NCBI GenBank assembly: GCA_964219355.1
Contig: CAXPOZ010000003.1
Coordinates: 219,678 to 283,677 of the forward strand
DNA: 64,000 bases
Origin: Glaciecola sp.
Lineage (GTDB): Bacteria; Pseudomonadota; Alphaproteobacteria; Caulobacterales; Parvularculaceae
Direction: 5' to 3'
The notes beneath the pieces were generated by a model. It made no database searches and was not told the DNA's origin. It saw only the letters and a program-made list of their open reading frames with translations. Numbering within the stretch: the stretch's first letter is position 1; each line of letters starts with the position of its first letter. Shown in pieces: positions 40,627 through 50,691 of the stretch. The position numbers and the translations under genes were made by a program.

Positions 40627-42495
40627 ATGAGTGAGACAGAGTCCCCCCTCGAACGGTTCAAACGGCTGCTCGGCCAGACGGCGAAAGCGATTGCCGCCGA
40701 CCCAGAGGCAGAAATCAAATTCGGTGGTGAGCAACCCAAGGTCACTGGCAATGAAGCGCGCATTCCCGTGCCGCCGCGCAGGCTTGATGTCGCCAAGCGC
40801 GCCATTGCCCGCGGCCATTCGGATGCTGCCGCGCTGAAGCTCGCCCATCATGATGAGCTCCTGCACACCAAACTCACCCCGCAGAATGCGCAAGGGGCAG
40901 CCGTCTATTCGGCGCTTGAGGAGATGCGGATCGAGGCCATCGGCACGCGGCATCTGAACGGCGTCGGTGACAATCTCGAGGCGGCGCTGACCAAACGGCT
41001 CGAGGACAAGGGCTATCAACGCATGGAGGACCGTCAGGATATTCCGCTGACGGAGATCATGGCGCTGCTCGCCCGCGAGAGGATGACCGGCCGTGAAGTG
41101 CCCGAGCCTGCCCGCAAGCTTGTCGATCTGTGGCGCAAGGAAATCGAGGACAAGGCCGGCGATGCGCTCGATCAACTGGCAAAGCTGGGTGACCTTGCCG
41201 ATCAGGCCGCCTTCTCTGACCTCGTGCTGGACCTCCTCGCCGATCTCGATATCGCCGATGAGAAAGGCAATGAGGAAGCCGAGGACGAGAACGCCGACAA
41301 CGAATCGCAAGCCGAGGAAGACGACGCGCCTGACGATCCGGGCGAAGACGAAAATGACGGCAAGGACGACGCGCCCGAGGACGATCAGGAAGAGGACTCC
41401 GTCCCTGAGCTCGGCGAGGCCCGCGAAGGCGAAGCAGAGATCCGCGACGAACCCGCCGAATGGGACGAAAGCGATGAAGAGGCTGATGCCCGCGCCCGGG
41501 CGGAGATGGCCCAGCGCCAGAACCTGCCCGACGATATGGGGCTCAACTATCATCCCTATACAACCCAGTTCGATGAGACCGTGCATCCGGATGAGCTTTG
41601 CGATCCGGAGGAACTGACCCGCCTGCGCCAGCAGCTCGATAACCAGTTAGAGGGCCTTCACGCGGTCGTCGCGCGGCTTGCCAACCGGCTGCAGCGCCGC
41701 CTCCTCGCCCAGCAGAACCGGGCATGGCAGTTCGACCTTGATGAAGGCATTCTCGATGCGGCCCGGCTCGCCCGTGTCGTTGTCGATCCGACCCAGCCGC
41801 TCTCCTACAAGCAGGAGAAGGATCAGCCCTTCAAGGACACATCCGTCACCCTGCTGATCGATAATTCAGGTTCCATGCGCGGTCGGCCGATCACTGTGGC
41901 GGCGCTCTGCGGAGACATTCTTGCCCGTACGCTGGAGCGCTGCGGGGTCTCGGTCGAGATCCTTGGGTTTACGACTCGTGCCTGGAAGGGCGGACAGTCC
42001 CGCGAGAAATGGGTGATGGATGGACGTCCGAAAAATCCGGGCCGCCTCAACGATCTCCGGCACATCATTTACAAGCCGGCCAGCGTGCCGTGGCGGCGAG
42101 CAAAGGACAATCTTGCGCTGATGCTCAAAGAGGGCCTGCTTAAGGAGAATATCGACGGTGAGGCGCTCAAATGGGCGCATGATCGGCTGCTCTCCCGGCC
42201 CGAAGCGCGCCGTATCCTGATGGTTATTTCCGATGGCGCGCCGGTCGATGACACGACATCGTCCGCCAATGGCGCGGGCTATCTCGACCGGCATTTGCGC
42301 GACGTCATCTCCTATATCGAGAACATGTCGCCGGTGGAGTTGCTGGCCATCGGGATCGGCCATGACGTCACCCGCTTTTATCGCCGGGCCCTGACGATTG
42401 CCGATGTCGAACAGCTCGGCGGCGCGATGACAGACCAGCTCGCCGCCCTCTTCGATGATGATGTCCCGCCCGCCGTGATGCGGCGGCGAGCGTAG
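40627..42495 (+). CDS. cobT: Cobaltochelatase subunit CobT (vWA domain)
   Basis: Acidic linker; [57 protein letters not shown]. Confidence 0.95.
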   Translation: MSETESPLERFKRLLGQTAKAIAADPEAEIKFGGEQPKVTGNEARIPVPPRRLDVAKRAIARGHSDAAALKLAHHDELLHTKLTPQNAQGAAVYSALEEMRIEAIGTRHLNGVGDNLEAALTKRLEDKGYQRMEDRQDIPLTEIMALLARERMTGREVPEPARKLVDLWRKEIEDKAGDALDQLAKLGDLADQAAFSDLVLDLLADLDIADEKGNEEAEDENADNESQAEEDDAPDDPGEDENDGKDDAPEDDQEEDSVPELGEAREGEAEIRDEPAEWDESDEEADARARAEMAQRQNLPDDMGLNYHPYTTQFDETVHPDELCDPEELTRLRQQLDNQLEGLHAVVARLANRLQRRLLAQQNRAWQFDLDEGILDAARLARVVVDPTQPLSYKQEKDQPFKDTSVTLLIDNSGSMRGRPITVAALCGDILARTLERCGVSVEILGFTTRAWKGGQSREKWVMDGRPKNPGRLNDLRHIIYKPASVPWRRAKDNLALMLKEGLLKENIDGEALKWAHDRLLSRPEARRILMVISDGAPVDDTTSSANGAGYLDRHLRDVISYIENMSPVELLAIGIGHDVTRFYRRALTIADVEQLGGAMTDQLAALFDDDVPPAVMRRRA

Positions 42496-42505
42496 GAATG
42501 TTCAG

Positions 42506-43525
42506 ATGAGCCCGCTTCTTGCCCTCCTCCTCGCCGCCCAGCCGACAGTCATCGATGTCGTTGCGAACCCGTTTCCCAATGACCTTTCGGGCAGGCTCGG
42601 CTGCACGCATTTCGAAAGCGGCATCACCATTGAGGGCGTGCCGGTCATTGGCGGGCTTTCCGCTATGCGCATTGACGGCGACCAGATCACGCTGATCGGC
42701 GATGACGCCCTTGCCTATTCAGGGAAGGTGATCCGAAATGAAGACGGCTTCATCCGGGGGCTGAAAGACCTCAGCCGCCTCCCCCTCACCAACAAAAAGG
42801 GCGAGCATCTCGCCAAGAGCCGAGGCGACAGCGAAGGGCTAGCCCTTTACGGCAGCGGCGCGATTGTCAGCCTTGAACGTAAACACCGTATCTCCCGCTT
42901 CCGTATCACTGACAAAGGGTGGACGGAGGATTTACCGCTCTATGAGGAAACAAGCAAACGACTCAAACCCAATCAGGGGTTCGAGGCGCTGACTGAGCTG
43001 AAAGACGGCAGACTACTGGCAATCAGTGAAGGCAAGGATGAGGACGGTCTCGCCCTTGTCGTCCTCCTCATGCGGGAGGGTGACCGCTGGGAAGCGGTTG
43101 AAACTTCCTACCGTCCCGGCGCGGATTTCAATGTCACGGACGTCAGTGTCGATCCCAAGACCGGCGATCTTTTCGTCCTAGAGCGGGCCTTCTCCAAAAT
43201 ACGGGGGCCGCGCGCCCGGCTGGCCCGCGTGGCCGCCCCCGACCTTTTCGAAGGCGCGGTCATGGAAGGCGATGAGATGGTCCGGCTCTCCGCCCTTAAT
43301 GGCGTCGACAATATGGAGGGGCTGCAGATGGAGCGCCGCGCGGATGGCGCCCTCCTCGCCCACATGATCTCGGACGACAATTACAACCGGCTGCAGCAAA
43401 CTGTGGTGATGGGTTTCCGGATCGATGAGGCGAGATGCTCAGCGTCCGCCATACCCCGAAACGCGGCCCGAGCGCGGCCGGAAGCTGTGCCGCAAGGTGC
43501 GGTAGAGGCCGACAAAGACCACTGA
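42506..43525 (+). CDS. Esterase-like activity of phytase family beta-propeller
   Basis: GGLSAM, DSEGL, VLERAFS, DNMEGL, ISDDNYN. Confidence 0.85.
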   Translation: MSPLLALLLAAQPTVIDVVANPFPNDLSGRLGCTHFESGITIEGVPVIGGLSAMRIDGDQITLIGDDALAYSGKVIRNEDGFIRGLKDLSRLPLTNKKGEHLAKSRGDSEGLALYGSGAIVSLERKHRISRFRITDKGWTEDLPLYEETSKRLKPNQGFEALTELKDGRLLAISEGKDEDGLALVVLLMREGDRWEAVETSYRPGADFNVTDVSVDPKTGDLFVLERAFSKIRGPRARLARVAAPDLFEGAVMEGDEMVRLSALNGVDNMEGLQMERRADGALLAHMISDDNYNRLQQTVVMGFRIDEARCSASAIPRNAARARPEAVPQGAVEADKDH

Positions 43526-44203
43526 CATCACAAGCTGGAGCATGAAGTTTGTGCCCATCCAGTAGACCCACGGTGCGCCTGTCGCGGCATAGACCACGAA
43601 GAAATAGATCATTGACTGAACGCCCAGCCCGCCTGCCAGTGCAAGGAAGGGCGGGCGCCACCAGCGGCTGCCGCGCGTCAGGTCATAGATCGCCACGGCC
43701 ACATGCGCCCCGGCATACCAGCCCGAAACCAGCCCCAGCATGTAACGGCCATTGGGGAAGTCAGATTGCTGGAGGGTCGGCGCCAGATAAATCAGCATCA
43801 GGAGTGTCAGGATGATCGCCGCCGTCCAGGCGAGCGCCAATGCCTGATGCGCAACGCGGCCCCCATGCCGGCGGGTCAGAAGAACCAGCAGGAAGATCCC
43901 GGCAGTAAAGAAGAGGTCGCCGCGTGAAAGCCACTGGCTCGGCTTGAGGCTCTCAACGCTCGTCCAGCCATCAAAGAGCTTTGCGGGAATGTCAGCGAGA
44001 AGGAGCCCGCCAATCAGGAAGGGCAGAAAGAGGAGCGCCACGCCAGCGGCAGAGACGACGCGGTCGGCAACTCGGCCAAACAGCATCTGCAACCGGTAGC
44101 CGGTGGTCAGCTCCTGGGCACGATAACGTTCAACGACACGCGGGGAGCTTTTGGCTCCCTCGCTATCGGACGTATCATCAATGGTGAAATCCGTGGCGGT
44201 CAT
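43439..44203 (-). CDS. VUT-family (queuosine-precursor/vitamin uptake) membrane protein, divergent
   Basis: WLSRGDLFF...LLTRRHG...resembles the Vut_1 pattern; usual neighbour of rpmB. Confidence 0.55.
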   Translation of the reverse strand: MTATDFTIDDTSDSEGAKSSPRVVERYRAQELTTGYRLQMLFGRVADRVVSAAGVALLFLPFLIGGLLLADIPAKLFDGWTSVESLKPSQWLSRGDLFFTAGIFLLVLLTRRHGGRVAHQALALAWTAAIILTLLMLIYLAPTLQQSDFPNGRYMLGLVSGWYAGAHVAVAIYDLTRGSRWWRPPFLALAGGLGVQSMIYFFVVYAATGAPWVYWMGTNFMLQLVMSVVFVGLYRTLRHSFRPRSGRVSGYGGR

Positions 44204-44247
44204 ACCCGCCTATCTTGCAATTGCCGCGCCGGAACGGGCAAGCCGGT

Positions 44248-44529
44248 TCAGGCAGTCGCGGCGACAATCTCACGCTTCAGCTTGCGTGCCTTGTCAGACA
44301 GGACGTCTTCCTTGGCTTTCAGCAGGAAAGCGTCGAGCCCGCCGACATGGTCGACAGAGCGCAGCGCATGGGCCGAAATGCGGAACTTGAAGCGGCGCTC
44401 GAGCTTTTCGCTCTCAAGCGTGACGTTGCACAGGTTCGGTTCGAACCGGCGCTTGGTCTTGTTGTTCGCGTGCGACACGTTATGGCCTGACATCGGCCGT
44501 TTGCCGGTGAACTCGCAGACACGAGACAT
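44248..44529 (-). CDS. rpmB: 50S ribosomal protein L28
   Basis: [33 protein letters not shown]. Confidence 0.98.
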   Translation of the reverse strand: MSRVCEFTGKRPMSGHNVSHANNKTKRRFEPNLCNVTLESEKLERRFKFRISAHALRSVDHVGGLDAFLLKAKEDVLSDKARKLKREIVAATA

Positions 44530-44591
44530 GGGGCGTACCTCTTAACGGGCGGGCGCAAAGGCCCGTGGGTTGTCGGAATTCGGAATGGCGG

Positions 44592-44620
44592 GGGCTACCC
44601 GAGAGAAACCTCGCCGTCAA
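44592..44620 (-). promoter_or_regulatory. sigma70-type promoter of rpmB
   Basis: TTGACG-N17-TAGCCC on the minus strand. Confidence 0.6.
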
Positions 44621-44751
44621 GAAAGACTTATCATTTCTCCATCAGTCCCAAAATGATAAGGCCGCGCGCTGAACCTGCCGAACCGTAAGGTGCCTGTCTC
44701 AAATGAAGATGTTAGGCCCGGGGCAAGATTTGAAGTTAAAGGGAGACGGTC

Positions 44752-45687
44752 GTGAAAAATACTTACAGTATTCACGCACTGTTATGTTTTATTACAGCAG
44801 CATCGCCTGCATTCGCGGAAGACTATCCTGATCAGGGGACTCGCGAATGGCGCGAATTGTTTGCCGTTGATCCATCACCTACTGCCCTGCCCTATATGCC
44901 GGTTCCCGAGCCGTCAGGCGGGCTGACCTATAGTGCGCGGTTCAAGGGTGAGATTGCGGGATTCGATGTCGGCCGGGTCTTCCTCGATGTCTCCGCATCG
45001 GACGAAAACTACTCTGTCTTCTATAAAATGGAGCAGAAAGGGGTCGCCCGCTGGTTCTCCGACGCCGAGGCGACCTCGAAAGCGCGCGGCAGTTTCGGCG
45101 AGAACGGCCGAATCGCCGAGCACTATTATTTCAACCACGATTATGAAGCCGAAGACGACCAGCAATATGTTGAGATCTTCCGCCGTAACGGCGACCGGCG
45201 CATGCATCTGTGGACGAGCCCGGTCTATACCTTCCACCAGCCGGTGGGTGAGCAGATCGCGCTGAACGCCGTGGATCCCATGGCGGGCCTGCTCGCGCTC
45301 GGCTTTCTGGATAATAATAAAGGCAAGAACCCCTGTGACCGGACTGTGGAGGTCTTCGATGGCCGCCGCCTCTTCCGCCTCGTCCTGAAAAGCGAGGGCA
45401 CAGAGAAGCTCAAGCGGCGCGGCAACAATGTTTATCGGGGTACGGCCTATAAGTGCCGACTGTACCAGGAGAAGATCGCCGGTTATCGCGAGGACAAGCG
45501 CGGCGATGTCGATGGCGATGTCTGGGTTTATCTCGTTGATGTGCCGCAGGCCTTCCGTAGCGATGAAATGGCCTATGTGCCGGTGATGATCCGCGCCAAG
45601 CAGGGCCTCTTCACCGCCTGGCTCGAGGGCGAGAACCCGACGATCACCGCCGCCGATGGCCGGTCGGTCAATCTAGGGGATATGTAA
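44752..45687 (+). CDS. DUF3108 domain exported protein
   Basis: Signal peptide; AVDPMAGL, C...VEVFDGRRLF, YVPVMIR. Confidence 0.8.
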   Translation: MKNTYSIHALLCFITAASPAFAEDYPDQGTREWRELFAVDPSPTALPYMPVPEPSGGLTYSARFKGEIAGFDVGRVFLDVSASDENYSVFYKMEQKGVARWFSDAEATSKARGSFGENGRIAEHYYFNHDYEAEDDQQYVEIFRRNGDRRMHLWTSPVYTFHQPVGEQIALNAVDPMAGLLALGFLDNNKGKNPCDRTVEVFDGRRLFRLVLKSEGTEKLKRRGNNVYRGTAYKCRLYQEKIAGYREDKRGDVDGDVWVYLVDVPQAFRSDEMAYVPVMIRAKQGLFTAWLEGENPTITAADGRSVNLGDM

Positions 45688-45696
45688 GTGCGACGC

Positions 45697-46368
45697 ATGA
45701 AGAAGCCTGAAACAGTAGATTCTCTGACCAAATTTGGACGGATCCGGCTGTCGGAGCATTTCTTCATGCGCGACTTTCTTTTCTCCGACATCGCAGCCAT
45801 CCATGGCTTCTCAAACATCCCCGATGATCCTGATCTTGCTGTAGAAGCCGGAACAAGACTGTGTGAAGATCTTCTTGAACCTTTGCAGCGGGTATTCGGC
45901 CGAATTGTCATTCGTTCCGCATACAGGTCATGTGAAGTGAATGACTTCGGGAGCAAGAATAAGTACAACTGCGCCGCAAACGAAAGAAACTATGCCGCAC
46001 ATATCTGGGATCGACGTGATGCAAACGGGCATATGGGCGCAACTGCATGCATCGTGATTCCAGAATTCGTTGATGCTTTTCCAAACGAAGGAGCTTGGAC
46101 GAAGCTCGCCTGGTGGATTCACGATAATCTTCCGTACTCGAGCCTCTATTTCTTTCCGATCAATTTTGCCTTCAATATTACATGGCACGAAAAGCCCGTT
46201 CGACGAATCGATAGCTATACACGCTGGATCACTGACGCTGGCGAAAGCAAGACAGGCACACTAACAAAACCCGGCTTTGACAATCACGACGGTGATCATC
46301 GCACCGAATGGGAAGATCTCTCTAAAGTTTTCGATTTATCCAAAGCGCATCGAGATACACCTCAATAG
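45697..46368 (+). CDS. Peptidase M15-like hypothetical protein
   Basis: RLSEHFFMRDF, LLEPLQRVFG.I.IRSAYRS..VN; more AT-rich than neighbours. Confidence 0.6.
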   Translation: MKKPETVDSLTKFGRIRLSEHFFMRDFLFSDIAAIHGFSNIPDDPDLAVEAGTRLCEDLLEPLQRVFGRIVIRSAYRSCEVNDFGSKNKYNCAANERNYAAHIWDRRDANGHMGATACIVIPEFVDAFPNEGAWTKLAWWIHDNLPYSSLYFFPINFAFNITWHEKPVRRIDSYTRWITDAGESKTGTLTKPGFDNHDGDHRTEWEDLSKVFDLSKAHRDTPQ

Positions 46369-46500
46369 CTGAAACCGCATAAAGCCGTAACTTATTAGCC
46401 GCCTAACATTTGCCCTTCTGCGTCCCTGCTTTTTTCCCGATGTGGAGAAGACCGCTGGGGATGGGGCATGTCGTCTCCTGATATCTGAGGGGCGGAGTAC

Positions 46501-46545
46501 CCGCTCCGTCAGCCTACGGCTGACACCTCCCCCACGGGGGAAGAC
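46501..46545. repeat. REP-like double hairpin
   Basis: GTCAGCC-tac-GGCTGAC (46508-46524) followed by CCCCC-ac-GGGGG (46529-46540). Confidence 0.6.
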
Positions 46546-46578
46546 ATTCTCTCATTGGAGAAACCTCACTCCCAACCG

Positions 46579-46703
46579 CCGCTCATGCCCGCGCAGGCGG
46601 GCATCCGGTCCTAAGTCACGAAGGTTGGATTCATCCTTGTGCCCTTCAGAAATGAGAGAATAGCGCCTCAGAGGCAGATCCCCGCCTGCGCGGGGATGAG
46701 CGG
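46579..46703. repeat. Inverted REP doublet (REPIN-like)
   Basis: ccgctcatgcccgcgcaggcgggcatcc (46579-46606) and the reverse-complement copy gatccccgcctgcgcggggatgagcgg (46677-46703); two compensatory differences. Confidence 0.8.
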
Positions 46704-46728
46704 GGGAGCATTCGACACTGCGCCCACC

Positions 46729-46755
46729 AAAAAAAGCGGGTCCCGAAGGACCCGC
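46729..46755 (-). terminator. Intrinsic terminator of the LysM/M23 gene
   Basis: GCGGGTCC-cgaa-GGACCCGC with a 7-A tract (U-tract on the minus strand). Confidence 0.85.
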
Positions 46756-46819
46756 AGTCGTCTGTTGATTTGGAAACTTAACTCTACTCGCTACGCACAC
46801 TCATGGAGTTTGTGCAGGC

Positions 46820-48028
46820 TTACTGAGTATAAGAGGCCGCCATGATGTCCCGGCCCTCAAGCGCGGCCAGCGGGTCGCGGGGCTGGAGCTCGTGACGAAG
46901 CTCGAAGTGAAGCTGGGGCGCCTCGACGGAGCCTGTGCGGCCGACTTTTGCAACGACCTGACCCTGACGGACCATGTCGCCTTTTTTGACCATGATCGAG
47001 TCGGTGTGCGCGTAAGCCGAAACCCAGCCATCAATGTGACGGACAAGGAGGAGATTGCCGTAACCGTCAAGCTCTGCACCGGTATAGATCACTTCGCCAT
47101 CGGCAGCGGCCCGGATCGGGGCACCGATGGGGGCGGCAATGTTGATACCGTCATTGCGCAGACCTTCCTTGGTCGTGCCATAGCCTTCGATGATCGCGCC
47201 CCGGATCGGCCAGGAGAAACGGCTGTCGCCGGTCTTGGAGATCAGGATCGCATTGTCTTCGGCATCCGAGCTATCAGCGACAGCCGGAACAACACCGAGT
47301 TCGCGAGCCGCCATCTGAGCCTCTTCGGAGGTCTCAAGCGACGCAAGCTGCTCGGCCGGGGCCGGAGCGGCTTCGGTCTGGATCGTTTCAGGCGCGGTCA
47401 TTGCACCGGGAATGATCAGACGCTGGCTGACGGACAATGTGTAAGGTGCCGGCACATCATTGGCGGCGGCGAGTTCTTCGAGACCGATCTCAAAACGACG
47501 CGACAGCGAATACATCGTGTCGCCCGGACGCACCGTGTAGATCGCATCGAGGCGCTCGACAGCAGGCGGCAGTTTTTCAGGCACCGCCGCAACCGTTGAA
47601 TACTCAAGTTGGGTCGGCGCAGATGTGGCGGAAGCCTGGATCATCTGCACATCCTTTTTGAGGGGTGCCGGAGAAGCAGGCAGCGCGGACTGACCCGAGA
47701 TCGGGCCGGTGCTGACTGGCTGCGGGAGCGGCGCTGCCATTTCCTGGAGCTTCTGCGGCAGGATGATCTCTTCGCCGACGGCGAGATGATACGGTGCCGG
47801 AATATCGTTGAGCGCGATGATGTCGGTCGGCTTCACACCGTAACGGCGGCCAAGCGCGTAAACCGTATCACCCGGCTGAACCATGATGACCGTTTTCTCA
47901 ATAACGGGGGAGGATGCCGTCGTGCGGTAGGCGGCAGGGATTTCTTCAGCGACCGCAGCGCTCGCCACGGCTGCCCCTGCGAGTGCGACAAGAGTAATAC
48001 TTGCCAGGGCGAGGGTAGATGAACGCAT
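46820..48028 (-). CDS. LysM-M23 peptidoglycan hydrolase or activator (NlpD/DipM-like)
   Basis: Signal peptide; two LysM domains (VQPGDTVYALGRRYGV, VRPGDTMYSLSRRFEI); M23 with NDGINI, YAH, LHFELR. Confidence 0.9.
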   Translation of the reverse strand: MRSSTLALASITLVALAGAAVASAAVAEEIPAAYRTTASSPVIEKTVIMVQPGDTVYALGRRYGVKPTDIIALNDIPAPYHLAVGEEIILPQKLQEMAAPLPQPVSTGPISGQSALPASPAPLKKDVQMIQASATSAPTQLEYSTVAAVPEKLPPAVERLDAIYTVRPGDTMYSLSRRFEIGLEELAAANDVPAPYTLSVSQRLIIPGAMTAPETIQTEAAPAPAEQLASLETSEEAQMAARELGVVPAVADSSDAEDNAILISKTGDSRFSWPIRGAIIEGYGTTKEGLRNDGINIAAPIGAPIRAAADGEVIYTGAELDGYGNLLLVRHIDGWVSAYAHTDSIMVKKGDMVRQGQVVAKVGRTGSVEAPQLHFELRHELQPRDPLAALEGRDIMAASYTQ

Positions 48029-48085
48029 GGGTGTCACTCCAGAGTCTTGGTGAATCGAAAGTGAACAGACCATGGCGGTGGGCCT

Positions 48086-48101
48086 GTTAACATTCTCCTA
48101 A
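48086..48101. promoter_or_regulatory. Candidate CtrA-binding site
   Basis: Minus strand TTAG-gagaatg-TTAAC versus the TTAA-N7-TTAAC consensus (1 mismatch), about 60 nt upstream of the M23 gene. Confidence 0.5.
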
Positions 48102-48184
48102 TGTTAGGGTTATGGGCCCGAAACCTTATCCCCCACCCGCTTCTCCATGTGACAATCCGGCCGGAGCATGGTCAGAGATAGATA

Positions 48185-50599
48185 ATGACAAACCTGCCCG
48201 ATCCTTCAGACATCCTCACCTTTATCAGGGAGACCGCCGAGCGGAGCAGCGGCTCTGTGACCCGCAAGGACATTGCCGACGCCTTTACGATCAAGGGTGC
48301 GGACAGGCGGGATTTGCGCACACTCCTCAAGGAGATGGAAGATAAAGGTGAGATCGCGCTTGAAGGGCGCAGGATCCGGGTGAAATCATCCGGCGGCCTG
48401 CCCCCTGTTGTCGTTCTCGACATTACGGGGAGTGATTCGGAAGGTGATCTCGTTTGCGTCCCCGTCACGGGCGACGCGCCAGAAGGCACGCATATCCGCC
48501 TGCCCGTAGGCGAAGCGACCAAGGAAAAGCCGCCACTAGGCGTCGGGGACCGCTTTTTGGGGCGACTAAAGGAAGACGGCGATGGCGGCTTTCTTACCAA
48601 ACCTATCAAGCGAATCGGGCGCGGCGCCAGCCGGATGCTCGGCATCTACCGGCGCGGGCGTCGGCATGGCTATGTCGATCCCGTCAGCCGCAAGGCCGGC
48701 TCGAGCCTCGATATTCACGATGCTGATAAAGGCAAGGCGCAGGATGGCGATCTTGTCTGGACCGAGCCCCTGAACAAACGCGGCTATGGACCCAAACGCG
48801 GGCGCATCGTTTCCGTTGTCGGCGGCATGGATGAGCAGAAGAACTGGTCACTGATCGCACTCGCCGAGAACGACATCCCTATCGAGTTTCCCGACCGGGT
48901 CGTCGCCGAAGCGGAAAGCCAGACCCTGCCTGATGACAAACATTATGAGGATCTGTCCGCCCTTCCCTTCATCACGATCGATCCGAAGGAAGCCAAAGAC
49001 CATGACGATGCGGTCTTTGTCGAGAAGACCGAGAAAGGCTGGCGACTGATCGTTGCCATCGCCGATGTCAGCTGGTTCGTCCGGCCGGGCACGGCGCTCG
49101 ACAAGGAGGCCGAGAAACGCGGCAATTCGGTCTATTTGATCGACCGGGTCGTGCCGATGCTGCCCGAGGCGCTCTCGAACGGGCTCTGCTCTCTCAAAGC
49201 CGGCGAGGACCGGACCTCCATGTGCTGCGAGATGCTGATCGCGCAGTCAGGGCGGAAGCATTCTCACCGCTTCTTCCGGGCCAAGATCAACTGCCGGGCA
49301 GGACTTGCCTATGAGGAGGCACAGGCCGCCGCCGATGGTGATGTCACCGACCGGACAGCGGGCCTCAAGGAGAATGTGATCGATCCTTTATGGGATGTCT
49401 GGCGGGCGATGACGAAAGCGCGCGAGGCCAAGCCCTCCCTCGATCTTGATATGCCCGAGCGGCAGATCGTTCTGGGGGCTGATGGCCGGGTGACGGGCGT
49501 GCGGGTCAAGGACCGGCTAGAAGCGCACCGGCTGATCGAAACGATGATGGTCGCGGCCAATGTGTGCGCCGCCGAGACGCTGGAGAAGGCGCGCCAACCG
49601 CTGATCTACCGGGTGCATCAGGAGCCGGACCCCGAACGGCTGGAAGGTCTCAAGACCTATCTTGAGAGCATGGGCTATTCCCTGCCCGACGGTCAGGTGC
49701 TGACCCCGCAAGCCTTCAACCGAATTCTCGCCAAAGCGCGCGAGAAGGACGAGATAGAGCTTGTCTCGATGGCGATCCTCCGCACCCAGATGCAGGCGAT
49801 CTATTCGACGGAGAATCAGGGGCATTTCGGGCTCAACCTTGCGCGCTATGCGCATTTCACTTCGCCGATCCGGCGCTATGCGGACCTTGTCGTCCACCGG
49901 GCGCTGGTAACAGGGCTGGGGCTTGGCCCCGGCGGCGCACGCTCTGAGGACGAAGCGCGGCTCGACAGCGTTGCCGAGCATATCTCCGGCACCGAACGCC
50001 GAGCGATCAATGCCGAGCGCACAACGCAGGACCGGTATCTTGCGTCCTATCTTGAAGAAGAGATCGGCAGCGAATTCCCCGGCCGCATCTCAGGCGTCAC
50101 CCGCGCGGGGCTGTTCGTAGCGCTCGATGAGACGGGGGCGGATGGTTTCGTACCGATGCGGACCCTGCGCTCAGATTACTTTATCCATGACGAGGATGCC
50201 CGCGCCCTGATCGGTCAGCAGACCGGCGCGCGATACCATATCGGCCAACGCGTGCATGTGCGGCTGGAAGAAGTGACCCCCGTTCAGGGCGGGCTTCGTT
50301 TCCTGATGCTCACTGAGCCTGATGACAGCACCGCACCACCCCATAAGAGAAAGAAATCCGGCAAACCTGGCGGCAAGCCGAAACCTCATTCGAAGACACA
50401 TCCTTCCAAGGCCCGCAAATCGACCAAGCCAGCGCGCCGCAAGGACGCGAGCGATCCGACCTCGCATCCCAAGAAGAAGGCCAGCGCGCCGCAGCTTGAG
50501 GAAAGCCTCTCCGGCGCGACGATAAAGAGACGGCCCAAGAAGAAAAAGACAACCAAGTCCCGCAAAGCCTCCCCGCCCCGGCCACGCGGTAAAAACTGA
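48185..50599 (+). CDS. rnr: Ribonuclease R
   Basis: TIDPKEAKDHDDAV, RGNSVY, HFTSPIRRYADL, S1 domain, basic tail. Confidence 0.96.
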   Translation: MTNLPDPSDILTFIRETAERSSGSVTRKDIADAFTIKGADRRDLRTLLKEMEDKGEIALEGRRIRVKSSGGLPPVVVLDITGSDSEGDLVCVPVTGDAPEGTHIRLPVGEATKEKPPLGVGDRFLGRLKEDGDGGFLTKPIKRIGRGASRMLGIYRRGRRHGYVDPVSRKAGSSLDIHDADKGKAQDGDLVWTEPLNKRGYGPKRGRIVSVVGGMDEQKNWSLIALAENDIPIEFPDRVVAEAESQTLPDDKHYEDLSALPFITIDPKEAKDHDDAVFVEKTEKGWRLIVAIADVSWFVRPGTALDKEAEKRGNSVYLIDRVVPMLPEALSNGLCSLKAGEDRTSMCCEMLIAQSGRKHSHRFFRAKINCRAGLAYEEAQAAADGDVTDRTAGLKENVIDPLWDVWRAMTKAREAKPSLDLDMPERQIVLGADGRVTGVRVKDRLEAHRLIETMMVAANVCAAETLEKARQPLIYRVHQEPDPERLEGLKTYLESMGYSLPDGQVLTPQAFNRILAKAREKDEIELVSMAILRTQMQAIYSTENQGHFGLNLARYAHFTSPIRRYADLVVHRALVTGLGLGPGGARSEDEARLDSVAEHISGTERRAINAERTTQDRYLASYLEEEIGSEFPGRISGVTRAGLFVALDETGADGFVPMRTLRSDYFIHDEDARALIGQQTGARYHIGQRVHVRLEEVTPVQGGLRFLMLTEPDDSTAPPHKRKKSGKPGGKPKPHSKTHPSKARKSTKPARRKDASDPTSHPKKKASAPQLEESLSGATIKRRPKKKKTTKSRKASPPRPRGKN

Positions 50600-50691
50600 C
50601 GCCGCCTGCCCGCTGGACGCCGCGCGGCGATTGCCCCAATGTCTGCGCCACTAAAGCGGCCGAAAGCGCCGCTCTGACGGAGGGGCAAGGC

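Noticed and set aside
40516-41586. 356-aa minus-strand ORF antisense to cobT
   Set aside because: Its hydrophobic stretch is the mirror of the CobT acidic linker.
46488-46760. Repeats as a CRISPR array
   Set aside because: Two inverted copies rather than direct repeats with spacers; no cas genes.
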